A DNA stretch of 64,000 nt from Macrostomum lignano (lineage: Eukaryota), in NCBI GenBank assembly GCA_002269645.1, contig NIVC01001252.1, positions 62,001 through 126,000 on the forward strand, written 5' to 3'. The notes beneath the pieces were generated by a model that saw nothing but the letters and a program-made list of their open reading frames with translations, ran no database searches and had not been told where the DNA came from. The position numbers were made by a program, and so were the translations under genes. Shown piece by piece: positions 24,501 to 36,500 of this stretch. Every line of letters starts with the position of its first letter. The first letter of the stretch is position 1.

Positions 24501-27500
24501 CGCGAGGCCGACTCGCTGCGCGCCCGGCTGGCCAGCGAGACCGGCCGCCTGGCCGAGGAGCGCGCCGATTTAGAGCGAAACGTGCGCCGCCTAAGCGAAC
24601 AGCTTGCCGGCGTAGAGGCTGAACGAGCCCGCCTGGCCGAGTCGCTGGCCGCTCGCGACGCCGAGCTGGAACGAGTCCAGACTGAGCTGCACAATGCTCC
24701 GTCTGCTCAGCAGCAGTCAACTACAGAGAAATCGCAGTCCGGCGCCGCTGACTCCGCTGAAGATGACGGCGCCGTCCGGTTGGCGCGCCTTCGCTGCGCC
24801 GAACTCGAAGCCGAATTGCAGTCGGCCAGACGCGAAGCCGATCGATTGCGCGCCGAGGCCGTCGAATATCGCGACGTGTCGGCAAGGGTTGAAGAGAGCC
24901 TGGCCGAGCAGGCGGCTGTGCACGAGCAGCTGCTGACTGATGTCGAAGCCAGAGTGCGCCGGGAGCAGGAGGCAGCTGAGCAGTAAGCACTCTTTGTGTC
25001 TCTGGACAGTGCCGCCCGCTGCCCACTGTAACACCTGTGTCTCACAGATCGCTGCCCACTGTAACACCTGTGTCTCACAGACCGCAGCCCACTGTAACAC
25101 CTGTCTCACAGACCGCAGCCCACTGTAACACCTGTGTCTCAGAGATCGCAGCCCACTGTAACACCTGTGCCTCACAGACCGCAGCCCACTGTAACACCTG
25201 TGTCTTACAGACCGCAGCCCACTGTAACACCTGTGTCTCACAAACCGTTTCCCACTTTAACACCTGTGTCTCAGAGATCGCAGCCCACTGTAACACCTGT
25301 GTCTCAGAGATCGCAGCCCACTGTAACACCTGTGCCTCACAGACAGACTGCAGCCCACTGTAACACCTGTGTCTCACAGATCGCTGCCCACTGTAGCACC
25401 TCTCACCGGCCGCCCGATAGTATCAAATAAGATTGTTTAATAACCAATGTTTCACCTCGCAGGTGCCGATCGGCAGCCGCAGACGCCGAACGCCAGGCCG
25501 CCGATTGGCGCGCCAAAGCGGAGCGCCTAGGCGCCGAAGCCGAGTCCGAACGGGCCGACGCTGCTAGCCGCCTCGCCGAACTCGAGCAGCGGGCGCGCAA
25601 CGCCGAGGAGTCGCTCGAAGCCGCGTTAGCCGCCGAGAAACGCGCCTCCGAGGATGGCCAAGCGGCTGCCAGCAGGGCAACGGAAGCGGAAGCCAAATAC
25701 GAGCAGGAGCTGGTGCTGCACGCTGTCGATGTGCGCGCCCACGCCGAGACAAAACAGTCTCTGGCCGATCTGCAATCGGAGCTGCACAGCCTGCGCGCCG
25801 AGCACGCTTCGGCTAAGGCGGAGTTCGAGGAGCGCCTGGCCGAACGGCAGGCTGCGTCCGACGCCCTGTCGGAGGAGAAGGCGGCATTGGAGGCTCGGCT
25901 AGCGGACGCCAGAGAGATGTGCGCCAAGCTGCAGGACCAGGTTGAGCTGACCGCCACGCAGATGCTGGCTATGAGGCGGCCGGAGGCAGAGGAGTCCTAT
26001 GCGGCGGAGGCTCCTGCTGATGCCAGCGCGATCCCGGAGTCCAACAAGTCAGCCGAGCAGCTGCTGCAGTTGGTTCGCTATCTGCGCAAGGAGCGCAATT
26101 TGGCCGAGAGTCAGGCGGCTCAACTACGCGAAGAGACCGCCAGGCTGCGGCGGCTGGCCGAAGACAATCGAACGGCGGCCGAGCGGGCCAAGAACGAGTT
26201 AACCGCTGAACGGGAGCGCCAGCGAGCCTCGGTTGCTACGGACGCGGCGCACGCTGGCCTATTGGAACGAGTCGAACAGCTAAGCCTGGTAACCGAGAGC
26301 AACCGACTGCTCAGACGTGAACAAGCCGAACTGCGCTCGCGTCTGGCTGAGCTTGAGAAGTCGGCCGCCGAATCCGATACTAAGCTTGAGCCGCTGCGCA
26401 CCGAGCTCAATAACTTGCAAGAAGAGCGAAAAAAATTTGAATCCGAACTGTCGCTAGTTCGCGAAGAATGCACCCGCTGGCGTCAGCGCGCCTCAGAATT
26501 GGCGCAACGCGTCGAGCGTCAAGAGCGCCAGTATCAGGAACAGCAGCAGCAGCTGGTTGACCCAGAGGCGCTGCGTCAGGCCAATCAAGAGCGGGACCGC
26601 CTGCGGCGCGAACTGGAAGACGCCACGGCGGATAGGCAGCGCCTGGCCCAACGCTTGGCCGACACAGCCAGCCGGATATCCGGCCTCGAGGCTGCTCAGA
26701 AAGCTGCCGAATCGTCTCTGGCCACGGCCGGGCGGGAGGCCCAAGAAGGCACGGCCGAGCGGGACCGGCTGCAGCGAGGCCACGAGGAGTTGAAAGAGCG
26801 ATTCAAAAAGATTCAAGAGGTTGCGCGCAAATATAAGCAAGAATCTACCGAGTTGAAAGCGCAATTGCAACAGCAGCAGCAGCAGCCTCAGCATCAGTCA
26901 CAACAACAGCAGCAGCAGCAGCAAGAGCAGCAACAACGTCAGCAGCAACTGCAGCAAGAGGCTGAAGCGGCAAAACGTCGTGTTGAGGAGTTGCAAGCGG
27001 AGAACAGCCAACTACGCTTGGAAGTGTCCGAGGCTCGCAAGCGAGTCACCGCTATCGAGGGACACGCCAGAATGCTCGGCGCTGACAATGCCAGACTAAG
27101 AGGTCGGTTAAGCGAACTCGAGGCTCAGCTTCAGCAGCAGCAGAGGCCGCACTCGCAGCCCCAGGCTCAGCAGCCGCCTCAAACTCCACCGCCGCCGCCG
27201 ACGCAGCAGCAGCAGCAGCAGCAATTGCAGCCGCAGACCTCGCAACAATCGGCGCCGTCCACAGTGATAAAGAGCAGTCCGGACACGGAGGCTTTGAAGC
27301 ACACAATGACCGTCAAGCCGACGCCGCAGCAGCCGGCAGCTGCTAGGGAAGCCAAGCAGACGGCTGAGATAACTCCGCTACTGCGGCCTTCTCAGCCATC
27401 CTCTGTTATTGTTGTTGCCGTGCAACCGACGCCGCAGCACGAGGCCACCGCAGCCATCAGTGGTCAGCAGCAGGCTCTGTCACCGCAGCAGCAGCCAGTT

Positions 27501-28916
27501 ATTGCTCCACCGCCGCAACCAACATCCACACTTCCGTCATCGTCGTCAGCTGCCCCGGTGTCGTCGGAGGAGACGCAAGCTGTGCTTCACCAGCCGCAGC
27601 TGCCGCCGCAGGCTATGGTGACGCCCATGCCATCGGCTGAGATCTCGGCGATGCCGTCCGCTTCGACAGCGACATCGACAGGTGCAGCCACCTCTTCTAG
27701 CAGCGTCGGGGTCGTCGGCGGCGTCAGTCTGAAACGGCCCCGACAATTGCTGGAGGAATCCGACAGTGCCGCCTCCGCGTCGTCGTCCACCGTCAATCTG
27801 GATCGTCAGCGCGAGCCGTCGGCGTCAGCCTCCGCAGCTGGGTCGGCCGCCGATGACGAAGAAGCCGGCAGTCGAGGCTCGTTCGGTTTCCAAGATCAAG
27901 CCGCCGCCTCAGAGCCGAAGCGAGCCCGACTTCAGCAGCAGCCCGGATTCCAGTCGGCTCTGCTTTCCGAGGCGATGAGTTCCGACCAAGTTGAAGAGGC
28001 CGCCGCTGTCAGTGCCGAAGAAGAAGAAGAGGACCAAGAGGAAGATGACAATGATGACGTGCATATAGCGGAGGTTGAAGGCGAAAGAGACACGGAAGCT
28101 GAGGGCTCTCAGGAAGAGGAAGAAGATGAGGATGACCAGGCAGAAGAAGGCGAAGTAGAAGATGATGACGACGAGGAGGAGGTGGAAGAAGAGGACGACA
28201 GTGACGCGTACTTTGCCGCCGCTGCCGCGCCGTCGTTCGGGCATCGCGGCGGAGCTCAGATGTTCAGACAGTTGCTGCAGAAACCGCCGCCCATCGCTCC
28301 TGGGGAGACCATCACCCTGAGCAGCGACTCCGACGAGGACCAGGAGGCCACAGAGGAGGCCGACGCCGAGGCTCAACAATCGATGGAAGACGAAGGCGAA
28401 GACCAAGACGATGGCGAAGGCGAGGCCGAGGAAGAAAGCGAAGACGAAGAAGGCGACGAAGAGGAGCAGGAAGAGGAAGAGGAGGACAATGATGACGAGG
28501 CCGAGCCGGGTGAAGATGAAGCCGAAGCTGGCGACGACGCGGCCACTTCAAAGCAATCATCGATGTTTGCTGGCGCGTCGGCGACTTCAGCTGCTTCGGC
28601 GCCGTTCAGCTTCCGCCAGGCGGCCGCCTCTGCATCGTCTGTTGGTGGCATCTTCGGCAGCGGCGCGGGAACCAGCGGCCTCGGCGGTAGTGGCACCTCC
28701 AGCCTGTTTGGTGCGGCTTCATCAACTCAACAGCAGCAGCAGCCGGCGTGGCCAAGCATGCAACAACAGGGCGACGTTGGGCCATCGTCGTCTGTCAGAC
28801 GGGCGACAACTACGACGCTCTCGGGTCAGGCGGCTCGTCAGCAGCAACAGCAGCCAGGCGGTAGGCCGGCCCCATCGGGGGGAAAGTATACGATACAGCG
28901 CAGCGATTCGCCTTGA
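12557..28916 (+). CDS. TPR: Nucleoprotein TPR (Megator/Mlp1 family nuclear-basket protein); exons 12557-13072, 13665-14222, 19370-19996, 20804-21082, 22283-22642, 24147-24982, 25463-28916; start codon not located
   Basis: All six GT-AG junctions keep frame, giving 6630 nt (about 2209 aa). TPR hallmarks: WLERQLAAKTDEIL, ELESQRRLAAVYRSGAEE, MTPAAAAVRDLLKRGKPLSELCVEY, VITERLLTYGDVEELQEQNRRLL, KYEQELVLHAVDV, NKSAEQLLQLVRYLRKE. A long coiled coil is followed by a Gln-rich and acidic disordered tail. Confidence 0.92.
13255..13450. repeat. About 31-bp minisatellite (gggggaatttagtcatgttatctcagt..), about 6 copies, in the TPR intron after the first visible coding exon
   Basis: Visible tandem unit. 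Confidence 0.85.
14327..19325. repeat. 24-bp minisatellite (aggttagtgactaaatgaggggac), about 200 copies, filling a TPR intron
   Basis: Visible array with recurrent variants (taatgac, agatgac, 20-bp deletion unit). Confidence 0.98.
20030..20740. repeat. About 33-bp minisatellite (cagtgtccttaaatagacagtcctctgcccc(c)a), about 20 copies, in a TPR intron
   Basis: Visible array with a variable C-run. Confidence 0.97.
21090..22090. repeat. Dispersed repeat rich in gactc/cgact words, in two parts flanking a LINE fragment; a related copy lies at about 40945-41230
   Basis: Shared segments aacgactcaaacg, tcacgtgagttg, gttttagagtcg and ctgtgttacctgcaac. An about 90-bp segment is duplicated at about 21218-21308 and about 21888-21981. 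Confidence 0.6.
21318..21850 (-). mobile_element. 5'-truncated non-LTR retrotransposon 3' end (LOA/R1/I-type C-terminal zinc knuckle)
   Basis: ORF 21416-21850 contains FTGRHGNLARH..SELCPFCEYDNEDAQQFVCHCP, resembling the post-RT/RNaseH motif LTGH..L..H..CRFC..ET..H..C.CP. An A-rich end lies near 21320. Confidence 0.7.
22700..24100. repeat. 31-bp minisatellite (acacctgtgtctaacagggttgtccattgta), about 40 copies, in a TPR intron
   Basis: Visible array that degenerates at both ends. Confidence 0.97.
25015..25400. repeat. 33-bp minisatellite (gcccactgtaacacctgtgtctcacagaccgca), about 11 copies, in the last TPR intron
   Basis: Visible array sharing the core tgtaacacctgtgtct with the 31-bp array. 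Confidence 0.95.
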
Positions 28917-29401
28917 CTTTGTTATGAAGATCTTCTGTTGCCTATAGTTTTAATTTACATGAGAAAATCAAACTGATTGCCGCATTTTCAGCATTATTTT
29001 TTTCTGACTGCCGCTAAAACTGTCAGTTTTTCATTGGGCCACCCTGTCGTGTCTGTATTTCTTTGACTAAGTATATACGATAGGCAGTGCAATTTGGAAG
29101 TTTGCTTATTCCTCTTTTGGCTTGTGGTTGTGGCCCCCGTCATTTGTTGAATTTGTACGCCCATTGACATCCTAAGTATTCGTTAACTTATTAATAGCAA
29201 AAGACTTGCTTGTCAACATATTCTGTATTAATACTAATAACGATAATAATTCTCGGCCCGTGTTGGTTGCGTCTTTGACTCAGCAGACTTTGTGTTTCTG
29301 CTCTATTTTATTTAAACTTTTGCTTGTTCAGACCCGAGTGTATAGTGTAGGCATTCTGCATGTAGCCAAGTTTCTAGACTAGCATTGTCGCCTCTCATTC
29401 A

Positions 29402-30370
29402 GTGACTGTCCCTGTGTCTGCCTGTTCCTGTGTCTGTCTGTTGTGTGTCTGCCTGTCTGCGTCAGCCTGTTCCTGTGTCTGTCTGTCTGTGTGTCTGCCT
29501 GTCTGTGTGTCTGCCTGTCTTTGTGTCTGCCTGTCCCTGTGTCTGCCTGTCCCTGTGTCTGCCTGTCCCTGTGTCTGCCTGTCCCTGTGTCTGTCTGTCT
29601 GTGTGTCTGCCTGTCTTTGTGTCAGCCTGTCCCTGTGTCTGCCTGTCCCTGTGTCTGCCTGTCTGTGTGTCTGCCTGTCCCTGTGTCTGCCTGTCCCTGT
29701 GTCTGTCTGTCTGTCTGTCTGTCTGTGTGTCTGCCTGTCTTTGTGTCAGCCTGTCCCTGTGTCTGCCTGTCCCTGTGTCTGCCTGTCCCTGTGTCTGCCT
29801 GTCCCTGTGTCTGCCTGTGTCTGTGTCTGTCTGTCTGTGTGTCTGTCTGTCTCTGTGTCTGCCTGTCTTTGTGTCTGCCTGTCCCTGTGTCTGTCTGTCT
29901 GTCTGTGTGTCTGTCTGTCTTTGTGTCAGCCTGTCCCTGTGTCTGTCTGTCTCTATGTCTGCCTGTCCCTGTGTCTGCCTGTCCCTGTGTCTGCCTGTCC
30001 CTGTGTCTGCCTGTCCCTGTGTCTGCCTGTCCCTGTGTCTGTCTGTCTGTCTGTCTGTGTGTCTGCCTGTCTTTGTGTCAGCCTGTCCCTGTGTCTGCCT
30101 GTCCCTGTGTCTGCCTGTGTCTGTGTCTGTCTGTCTGTGTGTCTGTCTGTCTCTGTGTCTGTCTGTCTCTGTGTCTGCCTGTCTTTGTGTCTGCCTGTCC
30201 CTGTGTCTGTCTGTCTGTCTGTGTGTCTGTCTGTCTTTGTGTCAGCCTGTCCCTGTGTCTGTCTGTCTCTATGTCTGCCTGTCCCTGTGTCTGCCTGTCC
30301 CTGTGTCTGCCTGTCCCTGTGTCTGCCTGTCCCTGTGTCTGCCTGTCCCTGTGTCTGCCTGTTTATTCTT
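29402..30370. repeat. Compound TGTC/16-bp (gtgtctgcctgtccct) satellite between TPR and RNF217
   Basis: Visible low-complexity array. It produces the spurious CLSVC-type ORFs. Confidence 0.95.
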
Positions 30371-30559
30371 ACTGTCTGCCTGTCCGTAGGTCTGTATCTA
30401 ATTCTTCCCAGTTTGTCAGTGTTAGGTGGTAGAAATTTTTCATGCATGATTGACTCTACTCAGTATTAGCAGGCGGCTATAGAGCAGATCACATGAGAGT
30501 CACGTCTTCCTATCAAAAGACAATCAAAAAGTCCCATCCCCGACCCTGCTTTTGCCCTC

Positions 30560-33500
30560 ATGTTGGCCGAAGCCGCGGCCAGCCAGCCAGCTGAGGAGCT
30601 GCTGGATCCGCACGAGTTAACATCGGTGCCGCGCCAGAGTCTGCAACGCTGGCTAGCCAAATCGTTACGCGGCCAAGTTCGCTGCGGCCCTCCCAGCCTG
30701 TCAAATCTGGCTCAGTACCCGCTGCCTTATCGAGCTATCGCTGCTCATTTAGCCGCTACCGATGGCAAAGCTGAATGGCAAACTGATGCGCACAATGCTA
30801 TTGTACCGCTGGGCGATCTGTGCATTGGCTTAGTCTGCGACATCTGCCTAGCTTGCGTTAGTACCTTTGCCCGACCCTGCTGCGCTAAAATCTACTGCGC
30901 CAGATGCTTAACAGCCTACGCATTGGAGACCATGCGGCAGGCTCAAACTACCGTTGGCTGTCCCAATCTGCTGTGCGACAAGATCATGCCGCAGGCAGAG
31001 GTCATGTGCCGTCTGCCATCTGATGAGCGCTGGCGTTATCAAAGATTTCTAGATAACTCTAGGGCTAATGGCCCGTTGCGTAAGACTTGCCCAGGCTGCG
31101 CCTGCCCAACTGAACTGTCTGCTAAGGCCTGGCGCCGTCCGCTCCAGGTATGTCTCTTTGTGCCATGGTCTGTGCTTCTTCTCCCATGCGATGTGTCTTC
31201 TCTGCAGATGCCTCCCTGTCCCATATGATGTGTCTCCTCCGATGCCTTCCTGTCCCATATGATGTGTCTCCTCCGATGCCTTCCTGTCCCATATGATGTG
31301 TCTCCTCCGATGCCTTCCTGTCCCATATGATGTGTCTCCTCCGATGCCTTCCTGTCCCATATGATGTGTCTCCTCCGATGCCTTCCTGTCCCATATGATG
31401 TGTCTCCTCCGATGCCTTCCTGTCCCATATGATGTGTCTCCTCCGATGCCTTCCTGTCCCATATGATGTGTCTCCTCCGATGCCTTCCTGTCCCATATGA
31501 TGTGTCTCCTCTGATGCCTGTCTGTCCCATATGATGTGTCTCCTCTGATGCCTGTCTGTCCCATATGATGTGTCTCCTTCGATGCCTTCCTGTCCCATAT
31601 GATGTGTCTCCTCCGATGCCTTCCTGTCCCATGCGTTGTGTCTCCTCTGATGCCTTCCTGTCCCATATGATGTGTCTCCTCTGATGCCTTCCTGTCCCAT
31701 ATGATGTGTCTCCTCCGATGCCTGTCTGTCCCATATGATGTGTCTCCTCCGATGCCTGTCTGTCCCATATGATGTGTCTCCTCCGATGCCTTCCTGTCCC
31801 ATATGATGTGTCTCCTCCGATGCCTTCCTGTCCCATATGATGTGTCTCGTCCGATGCCTGTCTGTCCAAATGATGTGTCTCCTCCGATGCCTTCCTGTCC
31901 CATATGATGTGTCTCCTCCGATGCCTTCCTGTCCCATATGATGTGTCTCCTCCGATGCCTTCCTGTCCCATATGATGTGTCTCCTCCGATGCCTTCCTGT
32001 CCCATATGATGTGTCTCCTCCGATGCCTTCCTGTCCCATATGATGTGTCTCGTCCGATGCCTGTCTGTCCCATATGATGTGTCTCCTCCGATGCCTTCCT
32101 GTCCCATATGATGTGTCTCCTCCGATGCCTGTCTGTCCCATATGATGTGTCTCCTCCGATGCCTTCCTGTCCCATATGATGTGCCTCCTCCGATGCCTGT
32201 CTGTCCCATATGATTTGTCTCCTTTGATGCCTGTCTGTCCCATATGTGTCTCCTCCGATGCCTTCCTGTCCCATATGATGTGTCTCCTCTGATGCCTTCC
32301 TGTCCCATATGATGTGTCTCCTCTGATGCCTGTCTGTCCCATATGATGTGTCTCCTCTGATGCCTCCCTGTCCCATGCGATGTGTCTCCTCCGATGCCTT
32401 CCTGTCCCATATGATGTGTCTCCTCCGATGCCTTCCTGTCCCATATGATGTGTCTCCTCCGATGCCTGTCTGTCCCATATGATGTGTCTCCTCCGATGCC
32501 TTCCTGTCCCATATGATGTGTCTCCTTTGATGCCTCCCTGTCCCATATGATGTGTCTCCTCTGATGCCTTCCTGTCCCATATGATGTGTCTCCTCTGCAG
32601 ATGCCTCCCTGTCCCATATGATGTGTCTCCTCCGATGCCTTCCTGTCCCATATGATGTGTCTCCTCCGATGCCTTCCTGTCCCATATGATGTGTCTCCTC
32701 CGATGCCTTCCTGTCCCATATGATGTGTCTCCTCCGATGCCTTCCTGTCCCATATGATGTGTCTCCTCTGATGCCTGTCTGTCCCATATGATGTGTCTCC
32801 TCCGATGCCTTCCTGTCCCATATGATGTGTCTCCTCCGATGCCTTCCTGTCCCATATGATGTGTCTCCTCCGATGCCTTCCTGTCCCATATGATGTGCCT
32901 CCTCCGATGCCTGTCTGTCCCATATGATTTGTCTCCTTTGATGCCTGTCTGTCCCATATGTGTCTCCTCCGATGCCTTCCTGTCCCATATGATGTGTCTC
33001 CTCTGATGCCTTCCTGTCCCATATGATGTGTCTCCTCTGATGCCTGTCTGTCCCATATGATGTGTCTCCTCTGATGCCTCCCTGTCCCATGCGATGTGTC
33101 TCCTCCGATGCCTTCCTGTCCCATATGATGTGTCTCCTCCGATGCCTTCCTGTCCCATATGATGTGTCTCCTCCGATGCCTGTCTGTCCCATATGATGTG
33201 TCTCCTCCGATGCCTTCCTGTCCCATATGATGTGTCTCCTTTGATGCCTCCCTGTCCCATATGATGTGTCTCCTCTGCAGATGCCTCCCTGTCCCATATG
33301 ATGTGTCTCCTCCTCCGATGCCTGTCTGTCCCATATGATGTGTCTCCTCCGATGCCTTCCTGTCCCATATGATGTGTCTCCTCCGATGCCTTCCTGTCCC
33401 ATATGATGTGTCTCCTCCGATGCCTTCCTGTCCCATATGATGTGTCTCCTCCGATGCCTTCCTGTCCCATATGATGTGTCTCCTCTGATGCCTGTCTGTC

Positions 33501-36500
33501 CCATATGATGTGTCTCCTCCGATGCCTGTCTGTCCCATATGATGTGTCTCCTCCGATGCCTGTCTGTCCCATATGATGTGTCTCCTCCGATGCCTTCCTG
33601 TCCCATATGATGTGTCTCCTCCGATGCCTTCCTGTCCCATATGATGTGTCTCGTCCGATGCCTGTCTGTCCCAAATGATGTGTCTCCTCCGATGCCTTCC
33701 TGTCCCATATGATGTGTCTCTTCCGATGCCTTCCTGTCCCATATGATGTGTCTCCTCCGATGCCTTCCTGTCCCATATGATGTGTCTCCTCCGATGCCTT
33801 CCTGTCCCATATGATGTGTCTCGTCCGATGCCTGTCTGTCCCATATGATGTGTCTCCTCCGATGCCTTCCTGTCCCATATGATGTGTCTCCTCCGATGCC
33901 TGTCTGTCCCATATGATGTGTCTCCTCCGATGCCTTCCTGTCCCATATGATGTGCCTCCTCCGATGCCTGTCTGTCCCATATGATTTGTCTCCTTTGATT
34001 CCTGTCTGTCCCATATGTGTCTCCTCCGATGCCTTCCTGTCCCATATGATGTGTCTCCTTTGATGCCTCCCTGTCCCATGCGATGTGTCTCCTCCGATGC
34101 CTTCCTGTCCCATATGATGTGTCTCCTCCGATGCCTTCCTGTCCCATATGATGTGTCTCCTCCGATGCCTGTCTGTCCCATATGATGTGTCTCCTCCGAT
34201 GCCTTCCTGTCCCATATGATGTGTCTCCTTTGATGCCTCCCTGTCCCATATGATGTGTCTCCTCTGCAGATGCCTCCCTGTCCCATATGATGTGTCTCCT
34301 CTGCAGATGCCTCCCTGTCCCATATGATGTGTCTCCTCCGATGCCTTCCTGTCCCATATGATGTGTCTCCTTTGATGCCTCCCTGTCCCATGCGTTGTGT
34401 CTCCTCTGATGCCTTCCTGTCCCATATGATGTGTCTCCTCTGATGCCTGTCTGTCCCATATGATGTGTCTCCTCCGATGCCTGTCTGTCCCATATGATGT
34501 GTCTCCTCCGATGCCTGTCTGTCCCATATGATGTGTCTCCTCCGATGCCTTCCTGTCCCATATGATGTGTCTCTTCCGATGCCTTCCTGTCCCATATGAT
34601 GTGTCTCGTCCGATGCCTGTCTGTCCCAAATGATGTGTCTCCTCCGATGCCTTCCTGTCCCATATGATGTGTCTCCTCCGATGCCTTCCTGTCCCATATG
34701 ATGTGTCTCCTCCGATGCCTTCCTGTCCCATATGATGTGTCTCCTCCGATGCCTTCCTGTCCCATATGATGTGTCTCCTCCGATGCCTTCCTGTCCCATA
34801 TGATGTGTCTCGTCCGATGCCTGTCTGTCCCATATGATGTGTCTCCTCCGATGCCTTCCTGTCCCATATGATGTGTCTCCTCCGATGCCTGTCTGTCCCA
34901 TATGATGTGTCTCCTCCGATGCCTTCCTGTCCCATATGATGTGCCTCCTCCGATGCCTGTCTGTCCCATATGATTTGTCTCCTTTGATGCCTGTCTGTCC
35001 CATATGTGTCTCCTCTGATGCCTTCCTGTCCCATATGATGTGTCTCCTCTGATGCCTTCCTGTCCCATATGATGTGTCTCCTCTGATGCCTCCCTGTCCC
35101 ATGCGATGTGTCTCCTCCGATGCCTTCCTGTCCCATATGATGTGTCTCCTCCGATGCCTTCCTGTCCCATATGATGTGTCTCCTCCGATGCCTGTCTGTC
35201 CCATATGATGTGTCTCCTCCGATGCCTTCCTGTCCCATATGATGTGTCTCCTTTGATGCCTCCCTGTCCCATATGATGTGTCTCCTCTGCAGATGCCTCC
35301 CTGTCCCATATGATGTGTCTCCTCCTCCGATGCCTGTCTGTCCCATATGATGTGTCTCCTCCGATGCCTTCCTGTCCCATATGATGTGTCTCCTCCGATG
35401 CCTTCCTGTCCCATATGATGTGTCTCCTCCGATGCCTTCCTGTCCCATATGATGTGTCTCCTCCGATGCCTTCCTGTCCCATATGGTGTGTCTCCTCCGA
35501 TGCCTTCCTGTCCCATATGATGTGTCTCCTCTGATGCCTTCCTGTCCCATATGATGTGTCTCCTCCGATGCCTGTCTGTCCCATATGTGTCTCCTCCGAT
35601 GCCTTCCTGTCCCATATGATGTGTCTCCTCCGATGCCTGTCTGTCCCATATGATGTGTCTCCTCTAATGCCTTCCTGTCCCATATGTGTCTCCTCCGATG
35701 CCTTCCTGTCCCATATGATGTGTCTCCTCTGATGCCTTCCTGTCCCATATGATGTGTCTCCTCTGATGCCTGTCTGTCCCATATGATGTGTCTCCTCCGA
35801 TGCCTTTCTGTCCCATGCGATGTGTCTCCTCCGATGCCTTCCTGTCCCATATGATGTGTCTCCTCCGATGCCTTCCTGTCCCATATGATGTGTCTCCTCC
35901 GATGCCTGTCTGTCCCATATGATGTGTCTCCTCCGATGCCTTCCTGTCCCATATGATGTGTCTCCTTTGATGCCTCCCTGTCCCATATGATGTGTCTCCT
36001 CTGCAGATGCCTCCCTGTCCCATATGATGTGTCTCCTCTGCAGATGCCTCCCTGTCCCATATGATGTGTCTCCTCCGATGCCTTCCTGTCCCATATGATG
36101 TGTCTCCTCCGATGCCTTCCTGTCCCATATGATGTGTCTCCTCCGATGCCTTCCTGTCTCATATGATGTGTCTCCTCTGCAGATGCCTTCCTGTCCCATA
36201 TGATGTGTCTCCTCCGATGCCTTCCTGTCCCATATGATGTGTCTCCTCCGATGCCTTCCTGTCCCATATGATGTGTCTCCTCCGATGCCTTCCTGTCCCA
36301 TATGATGTGTCTCCTCCGATGCCTTCCTGTCCCATATGATGTGTCTCCTCCGATGCCTTCCTGTCTCATATGATGTGTCTCCTCTGCAGATGCCTTCCTG
36401 TCCCATATGATGTGTCTCCTCCGATGCCTTCCTGTCCCATATGATGTGTCTCGTCCGATGCCTGTCTGTCCCATATGATGTGTCTCCTCCGATGCCTTCC

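Noticed and set aside
24019-28947. Many overlapping antisense and alternative-frame ORFs over the TPR exons
   Set aside because: They are shadows of GC-rich, stop-poor coding sequence. The same applies to those over the RNF217, TRAF-like and GPCR exons.
29402-30469. Cys-rich ORFs of 320-355 aa
   Set aside because: They arise from the TGTC/16-bp satellite, which lacks stops.
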